From positions 62,001 through 126,000 of the forward strand of contig NW_026924391.1 of NCBI RefSeq assembly GCF_032062105.1: a stretch of DNA of 64,000 bases. Reading direction: 5' to 3'. The notes beneath the pieces were generated by a model, which saw nothing but the letters and a program-made list of their open reading frames with translations, made no database searches and was not told the origin of the DNA. The position numbers and the translations under genes are program-made. This document shows positions 36,487-51,200 of this stretch, one piece after another; within the stretch, counting starts at the first letter, position 1; each line of letters begins with the position of its first letter. The stretch comes from Saccostrea cucullata. Taxonomy: Eukaryota.

Positions 36487-37339
36487 CTTGGAAGATCACC
36501 TTTGTTCAACATTAAAAAAAACGAAATTAAGTTTCTTTTGTATAACTAACTTGATACAGATTACATAAGAAATTAAAGAATTTAATTATTATTCCAAGAA
36601 TTAATTAAGGAAGTTGGAAATTACTTAACTGACATGCCATGAAATGAATGAAAATAAACAGTTGTGTATGGAGAAAAAATAGTTTTTGTTTTTAAACGAT
36701 ATAATTACCTTTTCTTGCAATGCTTCTATGCACTGTGTTCTTTTCCTATGCGATGTAAAAATGCCCTTTTCACTGCCTGTTGTGTAATTTCACGATTTGC
36801 GGTTTTAAAGTGAATAAATTATTAGGTTTTGTTGACTTATATAATTATATTACTTCATTCTACTAAGAACTGATCAGTAAAAATAGGACACATCTATATA
36901 ATAATGAAAACAGTTTTCTCTTTGATGGTTATAAAGCAATAAAACATGATTGAATAGATTGATCATTGATACTTTGCAGAATTCATTCTTTATTTAGTTC
37001 ACCTTACTACATTTCAAATGATTTACAGGCTGAACTAAAATTATTTTTCGACACCTAAAGATTAATGAGCAAAAAATAAGAGATTGTGGATTTGATTTCA
37101 TTCGGATAATCTAGTTGAATAGTCGCGGGGTCTAGCCGATTAGTACAGTCGAGTACTCGTAACATATTTTTTATTATATTAAGACTGTTTAGATGAAGCT
37201 ACTGACACATACAACGTAATTTAGGGGTCTGACGAAACGTAATATACAGTGAATGTATCTTGCGTGATACATGATGGTACGACAATTTCTCACCTTTCAT
37301 ATTTAAAAAAAGTGTTTAAAGCTAATTAAATACTGCTTG

Positions 37340-37795
37340 GTTGTATTCTGATTTGAAGAAATTCTCATTTATCCTTTCACAATTTGATAGAAAATTTCTT
37401 ATTTCAGAAAAACACATAAATTCAGAATATAATGTTTTAAAAACACAGGAATAACAATAAACACTGCTTTCCAGCATTCTTTGTAAAGAAAATAAATAAA
37501 ATACATCAAACCCTTCACATTTATAGTAACCTAATTTTTTTTTTGTTTATAACATATTATTGTTGAAAGTACTATAAGTATTGTAAAATTGAAAATAATA
37601 TGATTGGTTTATTGGATTTGAAGAAATTTTCATTTATCCTTTCACAATTTGATAAAAAAAAATTATTTCAGAACAGAACATAAATTCTCATGATACACAG
37701 GAATACAAGTTTCCAGCATTCAGTACATCAAACCCTTCGAATTCATAAAGTATAATTTTGAAAGTACAAGTATAAACATTGAAAATAATACATAT
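37340..37795. repeat. Degenerate ~265-bp tandem duplication
   Basis: gatttgaagaaatt.tcatttatcctttcacaatttgata at ~37350 and ~37616, with shared downstream ttccagcattc and tacatcaaacccttc. Confidence 0.65.
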
Positions 37796-38784
37796 CTTTT
37801 TTTTCTATATCAAATCCTGTATCAGGATGTGATAAGGAAAGGAAATCTTTTATTACATCTATATCTTGTTTTTCAAAATAAGCACGCATCTTCTGAAGCA
37901 AATAAGAATAAATAATCAGTGAATATAGCTTATTGTATCATATTTCTCTAGAATTTAAAGAATTTGAACAAGGAACATACATTCATGTAGTTGCAATATC
38001 AAAAGTACTGTTTTTATAAAGTTAAGTCACAAAAAGTGGTACATGTTATATCAGCCCTGCAGATTAATAGCTAGTATAGGCTTTTAATTGTGACAACAGC
38101 TTATTGTATATGCAAAAAAGTTACTTTAGCAAGAAAATGTGTTTTTGGGTCGTTACAGGATATGATAAGGAAAATATTGAAATACTTCAACGACATATAC
38201 GTGATTTATTTTATTTTTTTTTTTGTGCATAAAATTAACGTTACACACTTTATCAAATTATATAGATTGTCATATCTATCAGATGCTAATTCCAGGTAAA
38301 TAATTGGCCCAAGATTGAAATTACATTGTACTCATAAAAAAATAATTAAAAACATCAAGAAATCTTGATTATGTAATTTTGTGCTATGTTCACACAACTT
38401 GAAATCATGAAATTTATTCATGTGATACATCAAAAAATATCATCAAAATACGCCCATACCTTTCTCTTTGACTAAATTACAAAACATCCTAAAAAAGCAA
38501 AGGAGTGGTGAAGATTTGAATATGAACAATCTAAAAATTATTTTTGACGAAAATCAATTTGTTTTGAAATCAATATGAAATTTTAAGGAGTTACAGTAAA
38601 CAAAAAAGTCGATATATAGTCAGCATAACCATGCGCGAGCCGGGCTCTCAACTACTCGTTGAATCCCCCCCCCCCCCTTTGACCTTGAATAAGGAGATGA
38701 TGTATATTTGTGTAGGCAGTGCTGCTATTATGTTCATTAATAAAAATGTTATTTAATTTGTAAATTCAAGCTCAAAAATCCACT

Positions 38785-38882
38785 CAAACAATGCAAATTA
38801 GGAGCAGAGCAACCACGGACCTCAGAGGTGGGATCAGGTTCCATGGAGGAAAGAGCATCTCCTGCTGACCGGTCACACCTGC
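38785..38882 (-). repeat. Short dispersed repeat (retroelement 3' fragment)
   Basis: ggtgtgaccggtcagcaggagatgctc...cctgatcccacctct. Related copies lie at ~24165-24300 (+) and ~44195-44260 (-). Confidence 0.55.
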
Positions 38883-39525
38883 AGTTTTCTCCTTATCATG
38901 ATCATGGAATAGCGAAAAAAATCGTCGACAATTCAGACATTTGTAAATAATGGCCCAAAAATCAGTAGGAAAATCGTCAATCATCGTTTGATTTAATGAT
39001 AAATTGTAATTTGTCGACAATGTCATATATATTGTATTGACCATAGACAACTTACCAAAATGATGACTTTAAATGATGATTTTAAACGAAACTATTCGGT
39101 CTATTCATTGTTTCTCAATAGTTGTTCATTTCATGCATTTTATATGGCCTGTATAATGGTTCCATGACATTTAACACTATTACTCCCAAGAAAATCCATA
39201 AAAGACTATGCAAATCATAAGACAATACTTTGGTATGTATTTTCTTACAATTAACCCTTTACTTTCAAGTATTAAAAAATGCTCATCATAATAAATTTGA
39301 ACACCATTTGGCAATAAAAGACAATAATAGTGATTTATAGAGTTTTACTCATCATAATCATAACCATTAAAAAACACACACACACAGTTTTGTAATTTTA
39401 CAGGAATACATGCATACAAAATACTCTAGAAAAACATTCAATATGAACGATTTACATATCAGAAAAAACAGGAATCACTTCCTTTTTCTTATTTAATTTA
39501 ACTGTCATTTCAGTTTTTTTTAACT

Positions 39526-40041
39526 TCACTGTCGTTTTTGATGCCCGAAACTTTGTGCTGGTATTGAATACTTGTCTAATTGAACGGAATACAATCGTCG
39601 TAACACTGGCTGTCTTTTAGGGGGGTACACAAGAGAGGTTTTCCTTGTATTCCGCTTCTTTTCTAGAATACTGTCATTGTTTGTGTTAACACTGAAATCA
39701 TCCTTGACAATATCATCATCATCTTCCATCTTCTCTTCTTCCATCTTACTGACTCGTACCTTCTCTTCTTCCTCGTCTCTGAGAATTCTCAAGTATTCTA
39801 GCATTGCCTGTTGAAATAAATTCGATCCGGAAGGCAGAGAACCTCGTTTTGAATTCTTTATAGAATGTTCCATTTCCATTTCCACCAGATAATCTGGACG
39901 GGCTTGCTCAAAGAATTTTTCTTCTTCTAGGTCCTGATCAAATTGTTGGCAGTGTCGTTTCAGGACTTCGTCTTTCACAAAAGTTGTTTCTGTTTGTAAT
40001 CTTTCTAACCCTAACTCACAAGCAATGCTCTGTAACTCCAT
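39526..40041 (-). CDS. Intronless 171-aa acidic protein of unknown function
   Basis: Uninterrupted ORF starting acgATGG, with protein-like Glu/Asp-rich composition. TATAAAA lies at 40229-40235 on the same strand, ~190 bp upstream. Confidence 0.7.
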   Translation of the reverse strand: MELQSIACELGLERLQTETTFVKDEVLKRHCQQFDQDLEEEKFFEQARPDYLVEMEMEHSIKNSKRGSLPSGSNLFQQAMLEYLRILRDEEEEKVRVSKMEEEKMEDDDDIVKDDFSVNTNNDSILEKKRNTRKTSLVYPPKRQPVLRRLYSVQLDKYSIPAQSFGHQKRQ

Positions 40042-41499
40042 CGTAAAATCTAATTAAAATCTTGGCACCTTCACAATCGTTTGTAAATAATCATCGATTC
40101 CCTTCGTAAAATCTTAATTTAATTTACTCAAAAAGATTTTTTCCAGCTTGATTATTTTTCGTTTAATCCAGCAGCGTTCCATCTAACTTTCGTCTGTAGT
40201 TGTAACGACAGTTAGATTCCTTGATCTCTTTTATAGACGGGCCAGAGTGCGGTCGGGTTGGAAAAATAAAAATATTGTTTCTATTGATTATAGGTTATCA
40301 ACTTTCACACGAAAATAATCAGTTTGAAGGCCATCACTTATTTTCTCTTTAATAGAGTGCTAAAAGTTTCTGTATGTATTTTAATTAAAAGTATTGTCCA
40401 CGAAAAAGTCTTTCAATTTTTTCCTTTCTGTCCGGAGATTTAAATTTGAATTATCATGCAGTGAAGATAGGACGAAGAGAGAGATATCTTATATGGGATT
40501 TTGGTTTGTTTATGAAATCAGCCCATAACTCTAGCCAAAGCTTTCTAAAAAAAAAATTAAATTCACAAACACGACAGATACTCACCTTTTCATAGACTTA
40601 TCTCTAGTTTACTATTCTTCTAGTACGTCCAGTTTACTTGAGTGATTAACTCAAATATTCTTGTTCGTGTATTGGACAACACGTATAGTGTAGTATATAG
40701 GATGTTGATGGGTTTTAATTGTTGTTTGAAATAAATAGATCAAAATGCAATGTCATTTCTGGAACGAAAAAAATTAACTTTGATAAACATATTTATAGTT
40801 TTCTATATACTCGTACATGTATACACTGTATTTTTATTTTCAAATAAACAGAATGGGCATTTTCTGAATATTCAATCCTAAAAAATACTAAATCTTCACG
40901 AAAATAAATAACCGATTTGTTTTCTTCCAGTCCTTGAAACAGAAAGTGTGACTAACTTTTGACTTTAACATATATTTAAAAATACTTGCATTTTTTTTAA
41001 AAACAAGAATTGAGAGTTAAAAAGGGGAAACAAGAACAGAAAACATACATGCATATAGTTTGAACGACGATAATTATTTATAACACATATCAAGAATATA
41101 ATCCAATGTCCATTTCTTTGTGATTTTTTGGAACCAAATTTATACACACGATTTACCCCGATTTTAGGGTGAGGGCGTCAATGGATGGGGAGGGGTGACA
41201 AGTGAAAATAATTCTTGACACTTTTTATTGGATCTTAGTCATCTTCAAATTCTTCCAGATATCAAGGCTGTTAGAAAGAACGAAGCATGTTTTTTTCCTA
41301 TTGGAAATAGTGATGTCGAAGAACATTTTATATAAATGACTAAATAAATACATGTAAATAAATGTTATAGTTCCTATACACTCCTTGGGAATAACAATCT
41401 AAGTGTCATTTCTTGTGAAAATAATTAGAAATAATGTTAATTAAACAATGTTTAAAAATGGTACATCTATGATTTATTTGATAATTAAAACCCCTTCTC

Positions 41500-41795
41500 C
41501 CCCCGCTTGAAAAGTGGGAGGGTATACATGTATAGTGACTAGGATGTCCGTCCGTCTGTATGTTTAGCTGTTCGTACGTCTGTCCGTTACGCTTTGGGGT
41601 ACCCATGTCTTATCCGCAGCTCCTCTTATAATACTGAATGAAATTTAATAAGACTTGCACAGAATTTTTGCTACATTATCCCATTCTGCACCTCCTAGTC
41701 AACTTTTTTATCCGACACATTTTTAATTATGGGTTTCCCACAGCAAAACATTGCCACTGCCAGTCTTACTATCATATTGAATCCATCTCTTATCT
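41500..41795 (-). mobile_element. HINE-like fragment (same family as 35660-36065)
   Basis: Shared ccccgcttgaaaa, gtccgtccgtctgt and gggtacccat..cttatccgca. Confidence 0.55.
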
Positions 41796-44499
41796 ATAAA
41801 AAAAATCATATAGAACAAACGATTCTTTTTAAAAGTTTTAAAATGATCTTACACTATTTTTCTTATATATTTGTAAGCTCCTGTAAAATTTTATTCACTT
41901 TCTAAGGCGGGTCCATCGTCCCCTCTGATACTAAAACAGAAGTATGGATTTTTATCAAAGGCTTGTTTTAGCTTAAATTTAGGATTTTTTATATAGTAGT
42001 AATACTTTGTAAATATGTCATAGAAAAATATTTTCATCAAAAAAGTCAAAGAACCCTTGGAGAACGGAACACGGAAAGGGGGGGTCTCGTCCCCAAGCAC
42101 CTGTGGTAATTATAGGCAAAATTGTAAAAATGTACCCCACCCTTGGGGGCCATTTTTAAAATAATAATGATTGTTTAGAAAATGTACAAGAGAACAGAGC
42201 GGATTACATTGTATATATGCCACTATGGATGATACTGTCAAAATTCAACGTCAACAACGACTGCAAATGACCGGGATTGGGCCATCTTTTAAAACATGTA
42301 AAAACTGTTTGCTTTCCGTTTTATTTGCTGATTCAGTTGAACTTTAATATGGATGTTCACAAAATTCCTGCATTAGAGAATGGTCATTTCTATAGTGAAC
42401 CAAGTTCAACCAACTTTCACATCCGTTGAAGCTGAATTCAAATCCTCAGAATTTAAACTTGAAATTTCATATATGGTGATACATGTACATATGATACTAA
42501 ACTTGACATCATTTTCAGGAATTTTAAGTCATTTTAATGATCTTTCAATTATGTGTTTGAAATTCTAACATTCTAACACAATTCAAACTTTGAAAACAAA
42601 AATTTAAAAAAGTTTTAGTTGAATTGAGGCTTGTGAAATACAACATCAAATGAATGGTAACACCTCATCCTATAAATTCATTTGCAGTGCTTCAAATTTA
42701 TCTTCGTGGATTTTGTTTTTGTGAAAGTACTTCAAATTATTCTTAAAACTTACTAATTTTTATATCACATCCAAGACTTTTCACAAGAAAAAATTGGCAC
42801 GCAGATTGAGTTGTCGCTCTTGCAATACTAAAAAAGTATCAAGCTATTTCGCTCTCTCTCTCCCTGCTCTCTCTCTCTCTCTCCATTATGTGTAATGGCC
42901 GTATTTAACCGTGGGGAGGGGTCTCACCATAATTTTGCCGATATATAGTATACTATAGAAAACATACAGTTTACTACAGAAAACCATGCAGTAATAAAAT
43001 ACTATAGAAAACATTGCTACTATACATTTGTGCCACCTCAATGGCTTGTCAAGTTGAGTGCCCTCAACTGAAACATATGGCTGTGCCCCCCCCCCCCCCC
43101 ACTGAAACTGCTTCCTACGGGCCTGTATGCAATAACGGTGGTAGATAGAAGTAAATACAGAAAAAAAGAGAGAATTTAATTGTCATTTATGCGAAGCCTT
43201 TATTCCAATACACCACCAAATTTGACCTCTTTGCCTTGGTGTTTGACTCATTCGTACCTAAAATTTCCAAATTTTAACCTTACGTTATAAATTTTAAATA
43301 GTTGGTGCTAGGGCTTTCATAGTTTACATGTGCATTCACTGTGACAAGAGCTTTCAATGGGTATAAGTTTTTTGACCTTTTGACCCACTTTAAAAAAGAA
43401 CAACTTTAATCTTGAATTAACTTTCGAACAGTTATAGTACCTCAGAACTTTCATTTTTCAATGTGCATTCCTTCTGACAAGACTTTCATTTGGATACCAA
43501 CAATTTTGAGCTTTAATTTTAACCTTGACCTTGGAGCTTCACTTGCATTTGAGAAACTTTTACCCTCGCCATAAGCTGTCACACGGGGGCATCAGTGCAT
43601 GCTGCACAAGCATATACAAATGTAGTATTATCAAAACGTTAGTAAAGTTCCAAATAAATGACATTTAAGCACTATACATATATGTATTTACAAATGCATC
43701 TTAAGCTCCAAAACATAGTACATGTGTATGATGGCACAAAATGCATGTATAATATATTTGTTCAAACACAATACATGTGTATGTCACTCGTGGTAAAATC
43801 ACCAGTTTGGCCGGCGTACAGCGAGGGGAAGCATATCGTGAAATACATTATTTTATCTTTCATCAAGTACATTTTACACCAGTCTAACGCGCGCGTGCGA
43901 TCGAGGTCTTTCGCATCAAACAAAGCATCTTATCTTTCAGAAAATACGCAAGAAAAATGCATATTATGTACAATGGAGCTAAAATGCAGCTGGAGGGCAT
44001 AGTGTTTCTTTCAAACCCCTTTATCTCTTATCTCTATTCAACATCTGTTTCATCTGATGTTCCATTTTCAAAGAATGTCCTACTCTTAATCAAGTAAAGA
44101 ATTCATATACTGAGTATCCAGAAAATACATGTAAATTAATTTACACGTACATTTAACAGTTCATATGTAATTAATCCATTTAAATAATACAAACTGGGAG
44201 CTGCTATAGACCAAAACCCCAGAGTGGGATCAGGTGCCATGGAAAAGAAAGCATACCCTTGTGTATAAGTGCTTGCAAAAGATTTCTTCTTTTTTTACCG
44301 GTGCTGGTTGACATTGTTAGAAAGCCTTCAAAGAAAATGTTCATTTACTGATAATTATTCAAAAATTAAGATATGATTATAAGAATGATTAAATAAAGTT
44401 TATTTCAAAAGTATTATATATCTAAAAATTATTAAATTTAATTTTTTCCTACTTATGAACATTAATTCATATTTTAATTTTAAAAATATTATTTTTAAT

Positions 44500-44795
44500 G
44501 CCACAACAATTTTATTTCTTGTTCGTCGGATATTTGATGAAAAAAATTACGAGCGGGCAAGCGGTTAAATAATAATATTATTACTCTTTTGTAAGCATTA
44601 TTTGAGCGGTCAATTATTTTTTTTTTTTGATTTGAAGAGTAATCAGATTAAAATTTAAAAAATAGAGCGGAAATGGAATAGAAAAAAGCACAGAATTCCC
44701 ATGGTGCGGGAAATTTAAAGAAATATTATTTACATAGTTTTGTTCAAATACGAGCGCGCGGGTCCGACGAACAAGAATTTTAATTGGTGTAGCCT
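44500..44795. mobile_element. Degenerate inverted-repeat MITE
   Basis: tcttgttcgtcgga (44517) versus tccgacgaacaaga (44763), with flanking complementarity. Confidence 0.5.
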
Positions 44796-45216
44796 AAAAG
44801 AAAAATGAATGAAAATATTTATATGCTTATGCATGTCAAAAATAGTCGTTTAATTTTTGCTTCATGTGATACATTTAACAAATAATTTTTTTTTCACATT
44901 GCAAGAACTTATACACGTTGATCTCTCCATCTCTCTCTCTCTGAGGCTCTCTCTTTATTTCGTTATTATCTCAAACTCAGAGAAAAATACTATATATAAA
45001 ATAATCTACATTTAAAAAGTTAGGGTGCTCCAGACAAGTGACTCAGATGACCTTAAATTAAAACTGGGATGAGTGTATATGTTGAATCGGATTTATATTT
45101 GGTTAACCGCGCGAAATTGAGTTTTGAGCCAATCCCTCTTCAGCTGCTACTGTTTTGAGGTGCCCAATTAAATCAGTGCATACCATTCACTGCGGCATTG
45201 TAAGAATGGGACCAAC

Positions 45217-48200
45217 ATGTCGGATGTAAGCTGTGTTGTGACAGAGGGCAGAGTGAAATATCGAGAGGGGAAAAAGGTAAACATTGCTGTCATAGTTTTA
45301 TTTTGCGAATTTGTTAGTTTTTTTTTGTTAATGAAAGTTTATGTTCTTTTAGTGGAAACGGCGCTGGTGTATATTGAGAAAACCTTCTCCCGTAGCTGGT
45401 GAGTAAACTTTTTGTTTAGTTTTTTAAGGGGTAATGTCAACACTATATAGTTTATCAGGGAATACAGCATATACTTTCAATTAACAAATTTCTTATTTTA
45501 ACTAAGCGTTTAATTATCTGTGACATTAAATTCTGAAAAGTGCACATTCTTTACTAATAAAGAAATGTGTGTAAATGTGTAACATCCTAGTTTGAGTTTG
45601 TCCCTAGAAATCGGAAATTTTGGAACTCAGTTGGAGGTTTTAGATGCCACGGAAACACATTGATTTTTGACACACTCCTGAAAAAGATAATCTTTTAGTC
45701 ATGTTGGTTCAGGAAATAGAGACTGGGTTAGACTAACCCAACACAGTTATAATTCAAAACATGTGGAATGAGTAAACAAAGCTCAAGTCATCCAAAAATC
45801 TTTTATCTGTCACTTCTTCATGAAGGGCCCACCATTGATGTTTTTTTTTATTTTATGTGTCTTACATTTTTTTTAATTCATTGATTTTCTTTCCTGTTTT
45901 TATTTTTAATTTGTAAATTTAATATTGAATATTGAATATTTTTGTGCACACTCGTATATAATAGCATGGTAATTAATGTGACAGAACCCAAGTTTCTTTT
46001 TCTCATGAAAAGGACAAATACTAATTTTTAATATGAGAGAGACAGGAAATTCCTTTATAAGTTAATGCATCTGTTTTAATACCACAACAAAATTAATTCT
46101 GCTACTTGGTATTGGTCATAAAACATTATCAGTAACAGACACACTGTCCTGTCTCAAGTGTGTTCGGAACTGATTGCGGAAATTATAACAGACATTTCAG
46201 TTGCAAAAATAATGAAATTCTTGTAGGGGTTTTAAAGCAAATTAAAAGATTTACTTCAAATGGTTTTATTTTTATTTTCTAAATCCAAGAGGATGGAGTT
46301 TTCTTCATCACTCTTTGTAATTGGTTGAAAAATACTGCTTTTTTCCCGGAAATATTCTGCATCTTTGTAATTTGAAGTAGGGAAAAAAAGTCGGCAAAGA
46401 CTGCTAGGTAATCTGGGTTAACGCTTTTTGTTTGCAAACATTTTGAAGAAAAGCAGGAACTGGAAGTCTTCAAATTTCGACACAAGTCTAGGACTTGGTT
46501 TCGCACAGAGCCCCTGTTCTAATTATGCCACAAACAACGAGAACAGCTGTTTCACAATCTTGTTTGAAATATTCCCCTTCCCCCACTTTTTATGTATACA
46601 AGAGAATATTTTTGGATAACAGGATGATACACAAGAGAATGCTTTCAAATTCTTTGTAGTTTCAGTAGTAGATGTATTGAAAGAAAGGCAAAAAAATCTT
46701 TGTTTTAAAAGGATAGAAATCATAATTTTAAGCACTTGACTTTCTTTTAGTTTGATCCACTAGGTAGCTCTTAAACCATTCAAGTTTCCATCTTTTCATT
46801 TTTTTAAAATAAGATATTTCTTCTAGTCAATAAGCTTTTTACCACAAAATTCTATTACGCCACTTATATAATTATTTATTAAATCATTAGAGAAATGAAA
46901 TAAACAGAGGACAATCACTTTTTTGGACGAGAAGGCACTACTGAAAAACGTTTTATGTTTATTTTAACATTCAGAAAAGGAGTTTGATTGATGAATTTTC
47001 CTTACTAAGATATAGATGTTTGCCAAGATGAAATTGAATTTGTCAACAAATCGAAAATACTGAATTTCAGAAAACTTTTAAATTTATACACACCTGTACA
47101 TCCTTTAATGATTTGTATGCATGATAAACTTGGGTGGTTCTGTGGTAAAATAATTGCATGCATTCACAAATTTTAGTATTAAAAGCTGAAAATGTCTCTG
47201 CTAATTTTGGGATAAATGCTGCCTGCCAGTTGTAGTTTGGACTGACTGGATTTCAAAGATCAAACATTAATTTATCATATTTTTTTAATGGAATTATATA
47301 TTTACTTTGGTGAGGAAGATTAACTGAAGTGCATTTTCCATTTAAGTAATATTAATGTTGAATACAGAAAGGGTCATGAAACCATCCTGTCCCATTATCA
47401 ACATTTTATTTCTCAATTTCTTCACACATCAGTACCCAAAATATTTTTTTCAAAACTGCTGTGAATTGTCCAAATCATTTTTTAGGTCGTTATATTCTAA
47501 ATTTATTGATAGGAATTTAAAACATTTGAGACTTAAACACTAACATGAGATGGATGAAGAAATCAGTTGGATGAACAGGTCTTGAAAGATGTTTAGTATA
47601 CATAATTGATACAGAATTGAAACTGTTTTGGTGACTGTGCTTAAATCTAAAATAGTAAATTATATACACAATGTATCACAGGGGCTCCTTTAATAATTTG
47701 TTACCCCTACTATAAAAATACACTTGGGAGGTTCTAAAAATAGGTAAATTAATACCACAAATTTTGACAGGAGTTCTATCTTTAAAAAAGCTGACTTTCG
47801 TTGCGGATCAAGTAGCTGATTTTGGAGATATAGATTCAATTTTAATATTCTTCAGACAACTGGATTTCAAAATCAACGCGTACCGTTAGTCATATAACAA
47901 CCTCTTTTTATATTTGGAATTATATATTTCCATATGCGTCAATTGAAAGCAGCGCTCTGATTGTTTGCTTTCTGTAAACAAAAAATAAACTGTAAGGATT
48001 GACATGCTTCGTGAAGGATATTCAACATGTTTATATAGATAAATGTAACCAAATATAGTAAAATACGTAAAATGAAACCACACCTGTATTGTTCAATGCC
48101 ATCACGACAGTTTGATTTTCCCTCCGTTTTGGTGCACAAAATTAAAGAGCTACTTTGTGTACGAGTTATCTACAGAAAGCAACCAATCAGAGCCCTGCAT

Positions 48201-51200
48201 TCAAAAACGCCGGAAATTCATATGGTGACTGTCGCCAGATCCAAATATCGAGAAAAGAGGTTAGTTATATGACTAAGGATACGCGTTGATTAGAATTTGA
48301 CTGAAGAATATTAAAATTGAATAGGATACTCCACTCACTCCTACATTCCGCAACGAAAGTTACAAGATAGAAAGTCCTGTCAAAATTTGTGAGAATTTCC
48401 TATTTTTAGATTCCTCCCTTGTGTATTTTTATAGTAGGGAAAGATGTTTATTAAAAATAAATAAACTGTTTTTCTGTGCTTAAACTAAAAAGTAAATTAT
48501 ATGGAATGATCAATCAAATATAAAAAAGCTGATAAACAAAAATGTTATGTCAAAATGTTGAATTGATAAGGTCACCATTGCACTCTTCAGTCTTGAAGAT
48601 ATTGGACAAAATTGGAAGTGAAATGTATGTGATTATAAATATATATAACCCCCCCCCCCAATGAACATTGTAATTATTGTGTAGTGTGTATATTCTAAAG
48701 AGTGGAAATTCAAATGTATTAACAGATGCAGCATGTTTAATCCCAGCATGTATTTTGATAGCCGAGTGTCCTATGCACTGGGATCCTGGTAGGATGTTTC
48801 ATATTATTTCTATATGAATGAACTAATGATGGGAATATTTGTTATTTTTTGTAATATTCACACACTGATTATCTGCTGGCTTCCTGCTGATACATCAGCA
48901 AATGTTCTGTTAATTCTGATACAAGGGGACCCCCAGTAGTCATTTTCTACACTAGAGACAGCTAGAAAGATGAACTTTGGCTCCTAGAAGCTGCTTCTAT
49001 TTATCTGGTAGTTCATTTTGAAGATAATGAAAATGATGTGACCTATATGTAACTGAAGTTTAGTGTGAAAGGCAAATTGTCAGAATAGCAGGATTCCAAA
49101 AATTACCCAAGTCAAGAATTTTTGTTTGGGTGTAGAGTCTTTATAGATTTAGAAAACATTTATGGCAGAAAAAAGTTGACTGTAGAGCTTTCTGTTTAGG
49201 GAGGACATATTGCTTAAGCTAGATTGTCTTTAAAAAATGTGATGTACATTCTGTATGAATCCAGAGTTTATAAAATGTTAAGAGTTTAATGGTTTGGGTG
49301 GAGTTGTGAAATTCAGAAACTGAGAAAAATTTAAGATGTAAAAAGTTTGGTGTTTATTGATATTATTGACGTATACAAGGTGATTAATGTAATATTTAAT
49401 GTCAAAATTGCCTGGCTTTATTAGAAGGAGGCAGCTTAGGAAGAAAAGTATAAAAATGGTGTGAGGATGTTTTTTTCTCTGTCTGGAATTCATTATTGCT
49501 TGATGAGGTCTGGGGATTCTTTATCAAATAATTAATGTCAAAGTCTGTCTAAAAGAAAAAAAAATGTGTTACAGAAGTTGATGCAGCTTTGCTTAAATAT
49601 GTAGCAGTATTGTATTAAGATTTGAATGAATATATGTTTACGTTAATCTTGGAGATTTCAAAAATTCTGAATCACAGTTTTCGTGACTGTGTAGTTAATT
49701 CACTTACAGATTCGCCCTTAATGCATCAATTATTGTAACCCTAATTTATTTCTTGTTTTTATTTAATTTGTTCTAAAATACATTGTTTCGATAATGAAAG
49801 TAAATAATTAATTTGTAGAGTGTTATCTGTGCTTTAATTTTCTTTAGCACGAAATAAGTTATAAAAAGGTATTTGGTGTCAGTTTCTCAGTTTTTCAAGT
49901 GCACTGGATATTTGTTGGATCAAACATGGTAAATGATTTTGGAATATTTAAGTATCATAATAAAACAATCTACGTGATCTATTAATAGCGTATGCCTTTA
50001 GTTGTTAAAAAACGGTTGCCATTGTCTTGTTTTTGCAACCCATCTTTCTTTTAGAAAGAAATAAGGTAATTAGAAGTCTTTTGTGCTCAGATCTCTAAAG
50101 TGAAAGCTTCGGAAATGAAGGAAGCCATGTAATATGTATGGGGCACTTCCTGTCTCGGAAATCATTTGTTTTGTATTAGCGTGGAACAGATGAGCAATGT
50201 TTTGTTATAAATCGGAACACTTTGGAATGTCTGTCATACTAAATGGATTCTATTTTTTTCCCCTATCTTGTCTTGTATGCAATGATATCATGGCTGAAAT
50301 ATGCAATTATTTTCCTTTATACTGCAGAAAGCAATAATCTTGTCTAAGGTGAATTTATTTAACACACGTACTCTACCTAGAGCAAGACTCCCAATTTCTT
50401 TTTATTATTTCGTCTTTGATTTAAGATACAATTTCTGCCTTTATTTTACTATAGATATAAAGGAATGTGTGCACATATTTCTTTTTATGATCTATACATA
50501 TGTAATGTATCAAATGATGGATAGGGGCTGTTGAACACACATAAATTAGGTTGATGTTTAATCTTCTCCAGACAATGGGAGTTCTGTGAAAGCTTTATCA
50601 GTTATAAACCTGCTAAATATATGTCTTGTCAGAAACTTCTATTTCATTTTTTACCTAATTATGTAGACATTTATTTCAGCAATTTAAAGAATTTGGAGTT
50701 TATATGATAAACACATTTGTTTAATATTTCAGAAAAAAGTTCATTGTTAAATTGTCAAGGTTTATACTTCAGTAAGTGCATGATTATATTAGTAGGGGAA
50801 TTATAACTAGATGTTATTAATGTATACAATTTGAAAGTTACAGAGTGTACATGCATTTCACATTTGATATTTTAACATTTGAAATGTTCACATCTAAAAT
50901 ACTTTTCTTTTAAATAATGTTTAAAGTATTTATTACAATTCATGCTACTAAAAATCACAGTAAATTAGTATACATCTACCATTTCAAAATATTTTCAACA
51001 ATTCATTATTTGTCCGACATATACTGTAAACATTATTCTCAGAAAAAATTAAAGCTACGTACTTGTATATACACTTAGTCTGTCACAATTGTTTTTTGTG
51101 GAAATTTGTCAAAATATACTTAGGTTCTTTAAATACAAATAAAGCCAATCCAAGAAATCCTCATAATTTTCTTCCGGCTGATTAAACAAATATTGCGATT

